64,000 bases of DNA from Gammaproteobacteria bacterium (GTDB lineage Bacteria; Pseudomonadota; Gammaproteobacteria; Ga0077536): the NCBI GenBank assembly GCA_041984235.1, contig JBHIYN010000005.1, positions 195,083-259,082 of the forward strand. The letters run 5' to 3'. Below, one piece after another: positions 12,433 through 22,615 of this stretch. Made by a program: the position numbers and the translations under genes. The notes beneath the pieces were generated by a model. The model ran no database searches. It saw only the letters and a list, made by a program, of their open reading frames with translations, and was not told the DNA's origin. Positions within the stretch are counted from its first letter, which is position 1, and each line of letters starts with the position of its first letter.

Positions 12433-13359
12433 CTAGGGCCGGTCGTCGACCGTCACGCCCTCTTTCTGCACCGGCATGAGGTCGACCTTCTCGACGCCGA
12501 GACGTACCAGCATCGCGCTGGCGACGTAGATCGAGGAGTAGGTGCCGACCAGGATGCCGATGATGAGCGCCGTGGCGAAGGCATGGATCAGCTCGCCGCC
12601 GAGCACGAACAGTGCGACCACCACGATCAAGGTCGTGCCCGAGGTCACCAGGGTGCGCGACAGGGTCTGGTTGAGCGAGCGATTGATGACGACGACCGGT
12701 GAGTCCTTGCGGTAGCGGCGGAAATTCTCACGAATCCGGTCGAAGACCACGATGGTGTCGTTCAGCGAGTAGCCGACCACCGCGAGCACCGCGGCGAGCA
12801 CGGTGAGGTCGAACTCCATGCGCGAGATCGAGAAGAAGCCGAGCACCATGATGACGTCGTGCACGGTGGCGACGATGGCGCCGAGCGAGAACTTGAGCGT
12901 GAAGCGCACCATGACGTAGAGCAGGATGCCGCCGAGCGCGTATATCAGGGCCAGCAGCCCGTCCTCGGTCAGCTCCTCGCCGACCTGCGGGCCGACGAAC
13001 TCGATGCGCCGCATCTCCGCGCCCGGCAGCAGGGCGAGGATGCGGCTGCCGAGATCGGCCGCGGCGCGATCGCCGGAGGGCGGCAGGCGCACCAGGATGT
13101 CCTGCTCGGAGCCGAAGCGCTGCACGCTGGCGCCGTCGAACTCCGAGCCGCGCAGCGCCTCGCGCACCGCGCCGACGTCCGCCGCCTCGGCGTAACCGAG
13201 CTCGACCAGCGTGCCGCCGGTGAAGTCGATGCCGAAGTTGAGCCCGCGCGTCACCAGCGAGCCGATCGCGACCAGCGACAGCAGCACGGTCAGGATGACC
13301 GCGATGCGGGTCTTGCCCATGAAATCGATATTGAGTTCCTTGCGCTTCGCCTCGGCCAT
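12433..13359 (-). CDS. secF: protein translocase subunit SecF
   Basis: 308 aa, SecF-like multi-TM protein immediately downstream of secD. Confidence 0.9.
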   Translation of the reverse strand: MAEAKRKELNIDFMGKTRIAVILTVLLSLVAIGSLVTRGLNFGIDFTGGTLVELGYAEAADVGAVREALRGSEFDGASVQRFGSEQDILVRLPPSGDRAAADLGSRILALLPGAEMRRIEFVGPQVGEELTEDGLLALIYALGGILLYVMVRFTLKFSLGAIVATVHDVIMVLGFFSISRMEFDLTVLAAVLAVVGYSLNDTIVVFDRIRENFRRYRKDSPVVVINRSLNQTLSRTLVTSGTTLIVVVALFVLGGELIHAFATALIIGILVGTYSSIYVASAMLVRLGVEKVDLMPVQKEGVTVDDRP

Positions 13360-13370
13360 GTCGTCGGTCC

Positions 13371-15188
13371 CTAGATCGAGAGTTTCTTGAGGCGGCGGCC
13401 GCCGTAGATGAGATTGACCACGGCGCGGGTGCCCGCGATCGCGGTGAACATGGAGGTCGCGATGCCGAGCGAGAGCGTCACCGCGAAGCCCTTGATCGGG
13501 CCGGTGCCGAAGCTGAACAGCACGATGGCTGCGATCAGCGTGGTGATGTTGGCGTCGGCAATCGTCGAGAAAGCCTTGTCGTAACCCGAGTTGATGCTCA
13601 TCTGCGGCGAGTTGCCGTTGGCCAGCTCCTCGCGGATGCGCTGGAAGATGAGCACGTTGGCGTCGACCGCCATGCCGATGGTGAGCACGATGCCGGCGAT
13701 ACCCGGCAGGGTCAGGGTCGCCTGCAGCATCGACAGCAGCGACACGATCAGCACCAGGTTGAGCAGCAGTGCGAGATTGGCGACCAGCCCGAACACCTTG
13801 TAGTACAGCGCCATGAACAGCAGCACCGCGGCCATGCCGATGATCACCGACTTCAGGCCCTGGTCGATGTTGTCCTGGCCCAGCGAGGGGCCGACGGTAC
13901 GCTCCTCGATGATCTCGATCGGCGCGGCCAGCGCGCCGGCGCGCAGCAGCAGCGCCAGCGTGCGCGCTTCCTCGGTGCTGTCGAGCCCGGTGATCTGGAA
14001 GCGCTTGGAGAGCTCGTCGCGGATGGTGGCGACGTTGATCACCTCCTGCACCGGGCGGCCCTTGCGCTGCTCGATGTAGACCACGCCCATCGGCTTGCCG
14101 ATCTGCTCGCGCGTGGCACGGCTGAAGATGCGCGCGCCCTTGCCGTCAAGGGTGATGAACACCGCCGGGCTGCCGGTCTGCTGCTCGATACCGGAGGCGG
14201 CATCGATGATGTACTCGCCGGTCAGCATGACGCGCTTGTCGAGCAGGATGGGCGCGCCGTTGCGCTCGTAGAAAAGCTTGGCGTCGATCGGCACGCGACC
14301 CTCGACGGCGGCCTCGACGTCACCCTCGATGTCGACCATGCGGAACTCCAGCGTGGCCGTCGCGCCGAGAATCTTCTTGGCCTCGGCGGTGTCCTCGACG
14401 CCCGGCAGCTGCACCACGATGCGGCTGTCGCCCTGCTGCTGGATGACCGGCTCGGCAACGCCGAACTCGTTGACCCGGTTGCGCAGGGTGGTCAGGTTCT
14501 GCTTGAGCGCGGTGCGCCGCGTCTCCTGCATCAGCTCCTCGCTGACGGTCAGGCGCACATCGGTCGCGGAGTCGGTGTCGCTGGCCGAGAGATCGCTGAA
14601 CTCGGTGCCGATCACGACCGAGCCGCGCTCGGCCATCTCCTCGTTCAGGAAGCTGATGCGGATGCCGCCGCCGGACTCGCGCGTGATCGAGCGGTAGCGC
14701 ACCTTGGCCTCGCGCAGGGCGGCGCGCAGTTCGGAGACGAAGCGCTCGTCGGTCTGCACGCGCACGGCGTCCATGTCGACTTCCATCAGGAAGTGCACGC
14801 CGCCGCGCAGGTCCAGGCCCATGTACATCGGCTTGCCGCCGATCGCGCGCAGCCACTCGGGCGTACCGGAGGCGCGGTTGAGCGCGACCACGTAGCGCTC
14901 GTCGCCGACCGCCTCGGCCACCACCGGCCGCGCACGGCTGCGGCTGTCGTTGTCCGCGAAACGCAGCAGCAGACGGCCAGGGGCGAGCTCGATGCGCTTG
15001 GGCTCGATGCCGGCAGCGGTCAGCGCGGTGGCGACCTGCGAGCGCAGCGCCTCGTCGACCGGCGCCGCGCGCCGCGCCGAGATCTGCAGCGAGGGGTCGT
15101 CACCATAGAGATTGGGCAACGCGTAGAGCACGCCGACGGCGATCACGACGGCGATGAGCAGGTAGCGCCACAGCGGGTATTGATTCAT
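13371..15188 (-). CDS. secD: protein translocase subunit SecD
   Basis: 605 aa from MNQYPLWRYLLIAVVIAVGVLYALPNLYG. The CAT was verified at 15186-15188. The 669-aa ORF has an Arg/Ser-rich spurious extension. Confidence 0.9.
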   Translation of the reverse strand: MNQYPLWRYLLIAVVIAVGVLYALPNLYGDDPSLQISARRAAPVDEALRSQVATALTAAGIEPKRIELAPGRLLLRFADNDSRSRARPVVAEAVGDERYVVALNRASGTPEWLRAIGGKPMYMGLDLRGGVHFLMEVDMDAVRVQTDERFVSELRAALREAKVRYRSITRESGGGIRISFLNEEMAERGSVVIGTEFSDLSASDTDSATDVRLTVSEELMQETRRTALKQNLTTLRNRVNEFGVAEPVIQQQGDSRIVVQLPGVEDTAEAKKILGATATLEFRMVDIEGDVEAAVEGRVPIDAKLFYERNGAPILLDKRVMLTGEYIIDAASGIEQQTGSPAVFITLDGKGARIFSRATREQIGKPMGVVYIEQRKGRPVQEVINVATIRDELSKRFQITGLDSTEEARTLALLLRAGALAAPIEIIEERTVGPSLGQDNIDQGLKSVIIGMAAVLLFMALYYKVFGLVANLALLLNLVLIVSLLSMLQATLTLPGIAGIVLTIGMAVDANVLIFQRIREELANGNSPQMSINSGYDKAFSTIADANITTLIAAIVLFSFGTGPIKGFAVTLSLGIATSMFTAIAGTRAVVNLIYGGRRLKKLSI

Positions 15189-15246
15189 GACTGGATCCGG
15201 ATGAAACGGGTTCGGCGCGGCGCGATTGCCACGCCGGGAGACGCCA

Positions 15247-15576
15247 CTACATGGTCTTGGTCGTGCCCTTGGGCATGACCTGGGCGACGGCCTGCTTCTG
15301 CACCTTGACCTCGGTGCCCTGCGCGACTTCGAGCTTGACGAAGTTGTCGCCGACCTCGGTGATGCGCCCGAGCAGGCCACCGTTGGTGACCGCCTCGTCG
15401 CCCTTGGCCAGCTCGCGCACCATCTTCGCGTGCTCCTTCTGGCGCTTCATCTGCGGCCGGATCAGAAAGAGGTAGAACACGACGAACAGGATGACCAGCG
15501 GCAGGAACCCGGCCAGGCCCGGCTCCTGCGCCGCGGGCGCGCCCTGCGCCCAGGCATTGGAAATCAGAAGATCCAT
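15247..15576 (-). CDS. yajC: preprotein translocase subunit YajC
   Basis: 109 aa, single TM, YajC-like (...LVILFVVFYLFLIRPQMKRQKEH...). Confidence 0.9.
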   Translation of the reverse strand: MDLLISNAWAQGAPAAQEPGLAGFLPLVILFVVFYLFLIRPQMKRQKEHAKMVRELAKGDEAVTNGGLLGRITEVGDNFVKLEVAQGTEVKVQKQAVAQVMPKGTTKTM

Positions 15577-15628
15577 GGAAATCCCCGAAAAATGGCCGCG
15601 TATTATGCCACACGGGTGTGGCGCGGTG

Positions 15629-17774
<2,146 letters not shown>

Positions 17775-17870
17775 CGCGCGATCCTAGCAAACACGCGGCC
17801 CCTGCCCGCCCGGCCCGGCGGTCGCTTCCGGCCGGGGCATTCTCTATACTCCGGCGCCTTCCGAGTCCGT

Positions 17871-17957
17871 GCCGGGATGGCGGAACTGGTAGACGCGCCA
17901 GACTCAAAATCTGGTATCCGTAAGGATGTGCGGGTTCGATTCCCGCTCCCGGTACCA
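17871..17957 (+). tRNA. leuX-like: tRNA-Leu (anticodon CAA), type II with long variable arm
   Basis: The 87-nt sequence folds as a cloverleaf. Acceptor stem GCCGGGA/TCCCGGT (one G-U pair). Anticodon stem-loop CCAGA-CUCAAAA-UCUGG. T-arm GCGGG-TTCGATT-CCCGC. Discriminator A plus CCA is encoded. Confidence 0.85.
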
Positions 17958-18098
17958 AGCATAGAATGCCACTGATTCATTCAGGCCACGCTCGCCGTAG
18001 CCGCGATGAACGCCAGGAGGAACGACCGCCGCACCGGCTGGCTGTTCTTCCTTCCCGCACGCCGGCGAACCCGACGTCGGGCTAACTGTGCATCATCG

Positions 18099-19127
18099 AT
18101 GGACGCGCTCAACAGCCCTCTGAAAGTCACCGTCGTCCTCGCCTTGCTGGTCGCAGCGCTGTACGGCGTCAGCTATCAACAGTTCCGTCATTTCGACGTC
18201 GATGACCCGCGCGGCCTGAGCGATTCGTGGAGCTACCTGCGCATGGCGCGCGGCGATTACGACGTATCAGCCACTCACCGCTATCGCTTCATCGTGCCGA
18301 CCCTCGCCGGCTGGCTCGATGCGCACCTGCAGCCGCTCGTGCACGACGACGATGAACGACTCAGGCTTTCTTTCTACGTCATCAACTTCCTGTTGATTCT
18401 CGGCGCGGCCGTACTGCTGCTGCGCGTGCTGCAGCTCCTGGGATTCGACACGGCACTCAGCATCATTGGCGCCCTGCTGTTCATGTCCTCGCGAACCGTC
18501 GCCTACAGTGTCGGAACGCCTATTGTCGACGCCGCTTACTACTTTGGTATTGCCGCCGTACTGTTCTGTACCGTTGCAGCCCGTGGCCGGCTGCTCGTGC
18601 CGGCATGCGTCTTCGCCGTATTCGCCAAGGAGACCGCATTGCCGCTCATTCTCATCCCCTGGCTTGAGCCCAGGTTGCCGAAGCGCTTTGCGTTGTTCGC
18701 CTCGATCTCGGCGCTGCTCTCGATGGCAGTGGCACGCATGCTCGTCCACAGGCACTTCCTGCGCTCCGGGCAGAACGAAAGTGCGGACGGCCTGATCGAC
18801 GTCTTTGTTCGCCATGCCGCCGGATGGGCCGAAAACTACGGGGGCCTGGCGACGCCCGCTGGCCTGCATGATCTCCAGCACTCGTTCGGATTACTACTGC
18901 CGGTAGCCTTTCTCGGCGCGTACCTGCATTTCAAACACCGCGTTTTTGCGATCCCGTTCTATTTCTTCCTGTTGCTCCCCATCAGCGCCCTGTATCTCGG
19001 CTTGAGCTCGAACGCGGGTCGCATGCTGTTCACGATGTTCCCGCTCGTAGTGCCCCTCGCCCTTGTCGCGCTGGCTCACGCTCTCGGCAGGCCGGGAAGC
19101 AGGCAGGTCGAACAACCGCCTGTATGA
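18099..19127 (+). CDS. polytopic inner-membrane protein of unknown function, the only gene between the tRNA-Leu and its 3'-end repeat
   Basis: About 342 aa from MDALNSPLKVTVVLALLVAALYGV, with multiple hydrophobic helices. The upstream 31 codons of the ORF are Arg-rich and probably not translated. I recognise no family. Confidence 0.55.
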   Translation: MDALNSPLKVTVVLALLVAALYGVSYQQFRHFDVDDPRGLSDSWSYLRMARGDYDVSATHRYRFIVPTLAGWLDAHLQPLVHDDDERLRLSFYVINFLLILGAAVLLLRVLQLLGFDTALSIIGALLFMSSRTVAYSVGTPIVDAAYYFGIAAVLFCTVAARGRLLVPACVFAVFAKETALPLILIPWLEPRLPKRFALFASISALLSMAVARMLVHRHFLRSGQNESADGLIDVFVRHAAGWAENYGGLATPAGLHDLQHSFGLLLPVAFLGAYLHFKHRVFAIPFYFFLLLPISALYLGLSSNAGRMLFTMFPLVVPLALVALAHALGRPGSRQVEQPPV

Positions 19128-19263
19128 CCCGCCCATCGGGGCCGCGGCGTGGATCTGCCGTCAACGCGAGCGGGCAAGGCCGCGGGCAGGACACCCGTAA
19201 AGGGAGGGGGGAGAAAGGGAACATTCCTGATCTCGCGAACCAGAATCCAGGGTCCGTACCGAC

Positions 19264-19294
19264 GTGCGGGTTCGATTCCCGCTCGCGGTACCAA
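19264..19294 (+). repeat. direct repeat of the tRNA-Leu 3' end (T-arm plus acceptor stem and 3' flank): a probable attL/attR remnant
   Basis: gtgcgggttcgattcccgctcGcggtaccaag matches tRNA positions 17927-17959 with one mismatch. Weaker similarity extends about 25 nt further 5' into the variable arm. No 5' tRNA half is present, so this is not a functional tRNA. Confidence 0.7.
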
Positions 19295-19409
19295 GGCCTG
19301 GGTGATGCAGCCCTACCCGTCCGGTAGCGCCCGGCATGACGGCGATCACTACACGATACCGGCCGGGCGCCTCCATATCTGGTCAGCTGCTTCCTTCAGC
19401 ACGGTCGTC

Positions 19410-20342
19410 CTATGAGTGCGCTTCCGGGCACCGCTGCACCTCCACGGTCGCGTGCACGATACCGATCTCGGCTGGAATCATTGCGCGGTACTCGTCAGGG
19501 CTTCTCGGCGCATCGCTGACCACCGTCACCGTCGCGGCGCGACAACCGTGGCCGATCTGCCACACGTGCAGATCGACGATGCGATCCGCGCTGTCGCCCT
19601 CGATGGCCCGACGCACCCGCTCGAGCGTGCGCGGGTCGGCCTGGCCGTCGAGGAGCACCGCGCCAGAGTCGCGGATCAGCGTCCACGACCAGTGCGTGAC
19701 CAGCCCGGCGCCGACCAGGCCCATGACCGCGTCCAGCCACACGATGGCGAGATACTTCGCGGCCAGGAGCGCGACGATTGCCAGCACCGACGTCAGCGCG
19801 TCGGCGAGCACGTGCAGGTAAGCCGCACGCAGGTTGTGGTCCTGATGCGCTTGGCGCCCGTGGCTGCCCTCCCCGTGCACGTGCGGCGTCTCGAGCAGCA
19901 GCCATGCGCTGAGGCCGTTGACTGCAAGCCCAAGCGCCGCGACCAGCAACGCATTGTCATAAGCGATAACGACCGGATTGAACAAACGCACTCCACTTTC
20001 CACCGCCATACCGATGGCGAACCCGAGCAGCAGGACAGCACTCGCGAACCCGGCGAGGCTGTCGAGCTTCCCGGTGCCGAAGGCGAAGCGCCGATCACCG
20101 GCTAACCGGCGCGACAGGACATAGGCAATCACCGCGATACCCAGCGCCGCGGTGTGAGAGGCCATGTGCAGCCCGTCGGCGAGCAGCGCCATCGAGCCGA
20201 AGGTCAGGCCTGCAGCGATCTCGACCACCATCATCGCGGCGGTCAGGGTTACGACGAAGAGAGTTCGCCTCTCGCCCGGTCTGCGGCGATCCTGGGCGAA
20301 GACATGGTCGTGACGCCACCTGTCGAGTGAGTGTGTATGCAT
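19410..20342 (-). CDS. czcD: cation diffusion facilitator family divalent-metal (Zn/Co/Cd) efflux transporter
   Basis: 310 aa with six TM helices and CDF signature residues (...ALLADGLHMASHTAALGIAV...HVLADALTSV...), plus a His-containing loop. Confidence 0.85.
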   Translation of the reverse strand: MHTHSLDRWRHDHVFAQDRRRPGERRTLFVVTLTAAMMVVEIAAGLTFGSMALLADGLHMASHTAALGIAVIAYVLSRRLAGDRRFAFGTGKLDSLAGFASAVLLLGFAIGMAVESGVRLFNPVVIAYDNALLVAALGLAVNGLSAWLLLETPHVHGEGSHGRQAHQDHNLRAAYLHVLADALTSVLAIVALLAAKYLAIVWLDAVMGLVGAGLVTHWSWTLIRDSGAVLLDGQADPRTLERVRRAIEGDSADRIVDLHVWQIGHGCRAATVTVVSDAPRSPDEYRAMIPAEIGIVHATVEVQRCPEAHS

Positions 20343-20503
20343 GGGTTACTCCGTGGAAGCGGGCTCGGCCCGTCATGGGTTTATCGGGTTCCGGGACCAT
20401 GCCGCCCCTGATCGGTCATGCGCTGCGCTGAGCCAGCGTGAGCCCGCTACCCAGCGTAGGCGGCACACCGCAGGCCGGGCCGAATCTCACGCGAACCTGC
20501 AGT

Positions 20504-20535
20504 TGACCTGTGTGCTGGACACAGGATCTAGGATC
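20504..20535 (+). promoter_or_regulatory. MerR-type promoter: TTGACC, 19-bp spacer containing a perfect dyad CCTGTGT-N5-ACACAGG, then CTAGGAT
   Basis: The -35-like TTGACC is at 20504-20509. The dyad arms are at 20508-20514 and 20520-20526. A -10-like TAGGAT is at 20530-20535. A long spacer enclosing an operator dyad is the hallmark of MerR-family (CueR/ZntR/CadR) promoters. Confidence 0.4.
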
Positions 20536-20756
20536 GTTTGACCGACGCTGGGGCTTTGGGGTGCGGTCCGTTCACCCAAGCCGTCCGGGCCTGCGACAGA
20601 TTTTACGCCGGCGCCGAGCGGAGCCCACGCCTGCGCGAGTCGCCGACCTCGATCATGTGAAACCGTGATCGTCGACACCTCGGGCACGGTGGGCATTCAG
20701 GCCGCGGCAATGCGGCATCTATCGTCTTGTCCACGCAACATTTTGAGGATCTGCTC

Positions 20757-21077
20757 ATGAACCAGAAACCGAACACCTTCCCCGTGGTGCTGCTCGGCTT
20801 CACGTTAGGCCTCGCTGCGGATGACCTCCTCGCCAAAGCGCCCGAGCCCTCCGCCCGCCCCGAGCTCCGCGCGGAGGCGACCAGTACGCAGCACGACCAC
20901 CGCAAGCAGAAGGGTGTCGCTGTGCCGACAGACGAAGAAGGACAGGTTCCTGCACCCGCGGCGCATGCCCACGATCATCGGGACCAGAAAGGCATGGCTG
21001 GCGGGGGTGACGGCACCATGTCCCCGGACGACGACGGCGACGTAGGCGGTCACGACCATAAGAAAGCCCACAAGTAA
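20757..21077 (+). CDS. small secreted His-rich protein (putative periplasmic metal-binding protein or chaperone) preceding the cusCBA-like operon
   Basis: 106 aa from MNQKPNTFPVVLLGFTLGLAA (signal peptide-like). The mature part is low-complexity with three His-rich boxes: HDHRKQKG, HAHDHRDQKG and GHDHKKAHK. An alternative start lies 10 codons upstream at 20727. Confidence 0.5.
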   Translation: MNQKPNTFPVVLLGFTLGLAADDLLAKAPEPSARPELRAEATSTQHDHRKQKGVAVPTDEEGQVPAPAAHAHDHRDQKGMAGGGDGTMSPDDDGDVGGHDHKKAHK

Positions 21078-21127
21078 CGCCGCGGGCAATCCGTCCCACT
21101 GCTGCGGCCGGGTCGGTCCCCGGGCCA

Positions 21128-22615
21128 ATGCGGCGCATCTGCGGGCGGGTTCCGGCCATAGACAGAGAGAACCGGACGATGCGACGCGCATGTAGCACGA
21201 TCGTCATCGGGTGGTCCGTCAGGCTGATCGTTCCTCGTGAGACGGCGCGCTGGCGCATGGCGTGCTCGTCTCACGGCAGGAGCAGGTCGAGCCGCCGGTG
21301 CGGCCCCGTGAGCCTGGCACTCGTGCGGGCCGCCTGCGGCACCGTAGTGCTCGGCATGCTGTGCGTGCCGCCGGCCGACGCGAAAGATGACGAATCGGCC
21401 GGGATCCTCTCCGTAGACGACGCCGTTTCAGTGGCAGTGCGAGACAACCCGGATCTCGCGCAGACGCGCAGTCGGTACGAGGCACTGAGAGAGATCCCGT
21501 CCCAGGTCGGTACGTTACCGGACCCGACCGTCAGCTTCGGCGCAATGAACTTTCCCACGGACACGTTCCGACGCGCCCAGGAGCCGATGACGCAGCTCCA
21601 GTTCGGTGTCCGCCAGGAGATCCCGTTTCCCGGCAAGCTGGGGCTCCGGGAAGAGGCCGCCGAATTCGAGGCGATCGCCGCCGCACGAACCGTCGAGGAG
21701 GCCCGCCTGCAACTCGTCAGCAGTGTGCGTTCGGGTTGGTGGCGAACCCTGTACCTCGACCGCGCGCTGGATACGGTGGCGAGCAACCAACGCCTGCTGC
21801 GGCAGTTCGTTACCGTCGCAACCGCGAAATACGAAACGGGGATGGGCCTGCAGCAGGACGTTCTACTGGCTCAACTCGAGCTCTCCCGGCTCCTCGATCA
21901 GGAAATCCAACTCGAAGCCATGCGCGCGACGCAGGCCATCCAGCTCAACATCCTCATGGATCGTCTACCGCACGAACCGGTGCGATTGCCGTCGGGGGTA
22001 TCCACCGAGATGGGCGATTTACCGCCGCCTGCGACGCTGTACGAGAAAGCTGCGGAAGCTCGTCCCCTGCTTGCAAAGATGCACGCACGGATCGACGCGG
22101 CCCGGAGCCGGCTTCGACTGGCCGAACGCGAGTTCTACCCGGACTTCGGTGTCGCCATGACCTTTGGGGAGCGTACCGGGGACAACCCGCCGTTCATGGG
22201 AGGAGACCGGGCGGATCTCCTGTCGTTGATGGTGAGCGCGCGCGTCCCGCTGTACGCCGGCAGAAAACAGAGCAGAGGCGTCGCGCAGCGGAGCAGTGAG
22301 CTGCGAGCCGATGAATACGCACTGCAGGACGAACTGGCCCGGGTCCGGGAACAGATCGCTCAGGCAGTTACGGATTACGAGGAGGCGCGTCAGCGGCACC
22401 GCCTCTACGGTACTGGAATCATTCCGCAGGCGCGCCAGACGGTGGAGTCGATGCTTGCCGGTTACCAGGTGGGCGAAGTCGATTTCCTCAACCTGGTGCG
22501 CAGCCAGATCACGTTGCTCAACTACGAACTCGACTATTGGAAGAGCCTCGTGGAAGCCCGCGTTGCCCGCGCACGCCTGGCCGCCGGGGTGGGCGAGGAC
22601 GGGCTCTATGAGTAG
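21128..22615 (+). CDS. cusC: outer-membrane efflux protein (TolC family; CusC/CzcC-like) of the HME-RND system
   Basis: OMF sequence (...DAVSVAVRDNPDLAQTRSRYEALREIP...QLELSRLLDQEIQLEA...). The true start is probably the internal Met at about 21257 (MACSS...LALVRAACGTVVLGMLCVPPADA, signal-like). The stop TAG overlaps the cusB ATG. Confidence 0.8.
   Translation: MRRICGRVPAIDRENRTMRRACSTIVIGWSVRLIVPRETARWRMACSSHGRSRSSRRCGPVSLALVRAACGTVVLGMLCVPPADAKDDESAGILSVDDAVSVAVRDNPDLAQTRSRYEALREIPSQVGTLPDPTVSFGAMNFPTDTFRRAQEPMTQLQFGVRQEIPFPGKLGLREEAAEFEAIAAARTVEEARLQLVSSVRSGWWRTLYLDRALDTVASNQRLLRQFVTVATAKYETGMGLQQDVLLAQLELSRLLDQEIQLEAMRATQAIQLNILMDRLPHEPVRLPSGVSTEMGDLPPPATLYEKAAEARPLLAKMHARIDAARSRLRLAEREFYPDFGVAMTFGERTGDNPPFMGGDRADLLSLMVSARVPLYAGRKQSRGVAQRSSELRADEYALQDELARVREQIAQAVTDYEEARQRHRLYGTGIIPQARQTVESMLAGYQVGEVDFLNLVRSQITLLNYELDYWKSLVEARVARARLAAGVGEDGLYE

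Noticed and set aside
19205-19294. Possible second functional tRNA downstream of the membrane-protein gene
   Set aside because: Only the T-arm, acceptor 3' strand and part of the variable arm are present. No D-arm or anticodon arm can be built within tRNA length. I interpret it as an att-site partial duplication.
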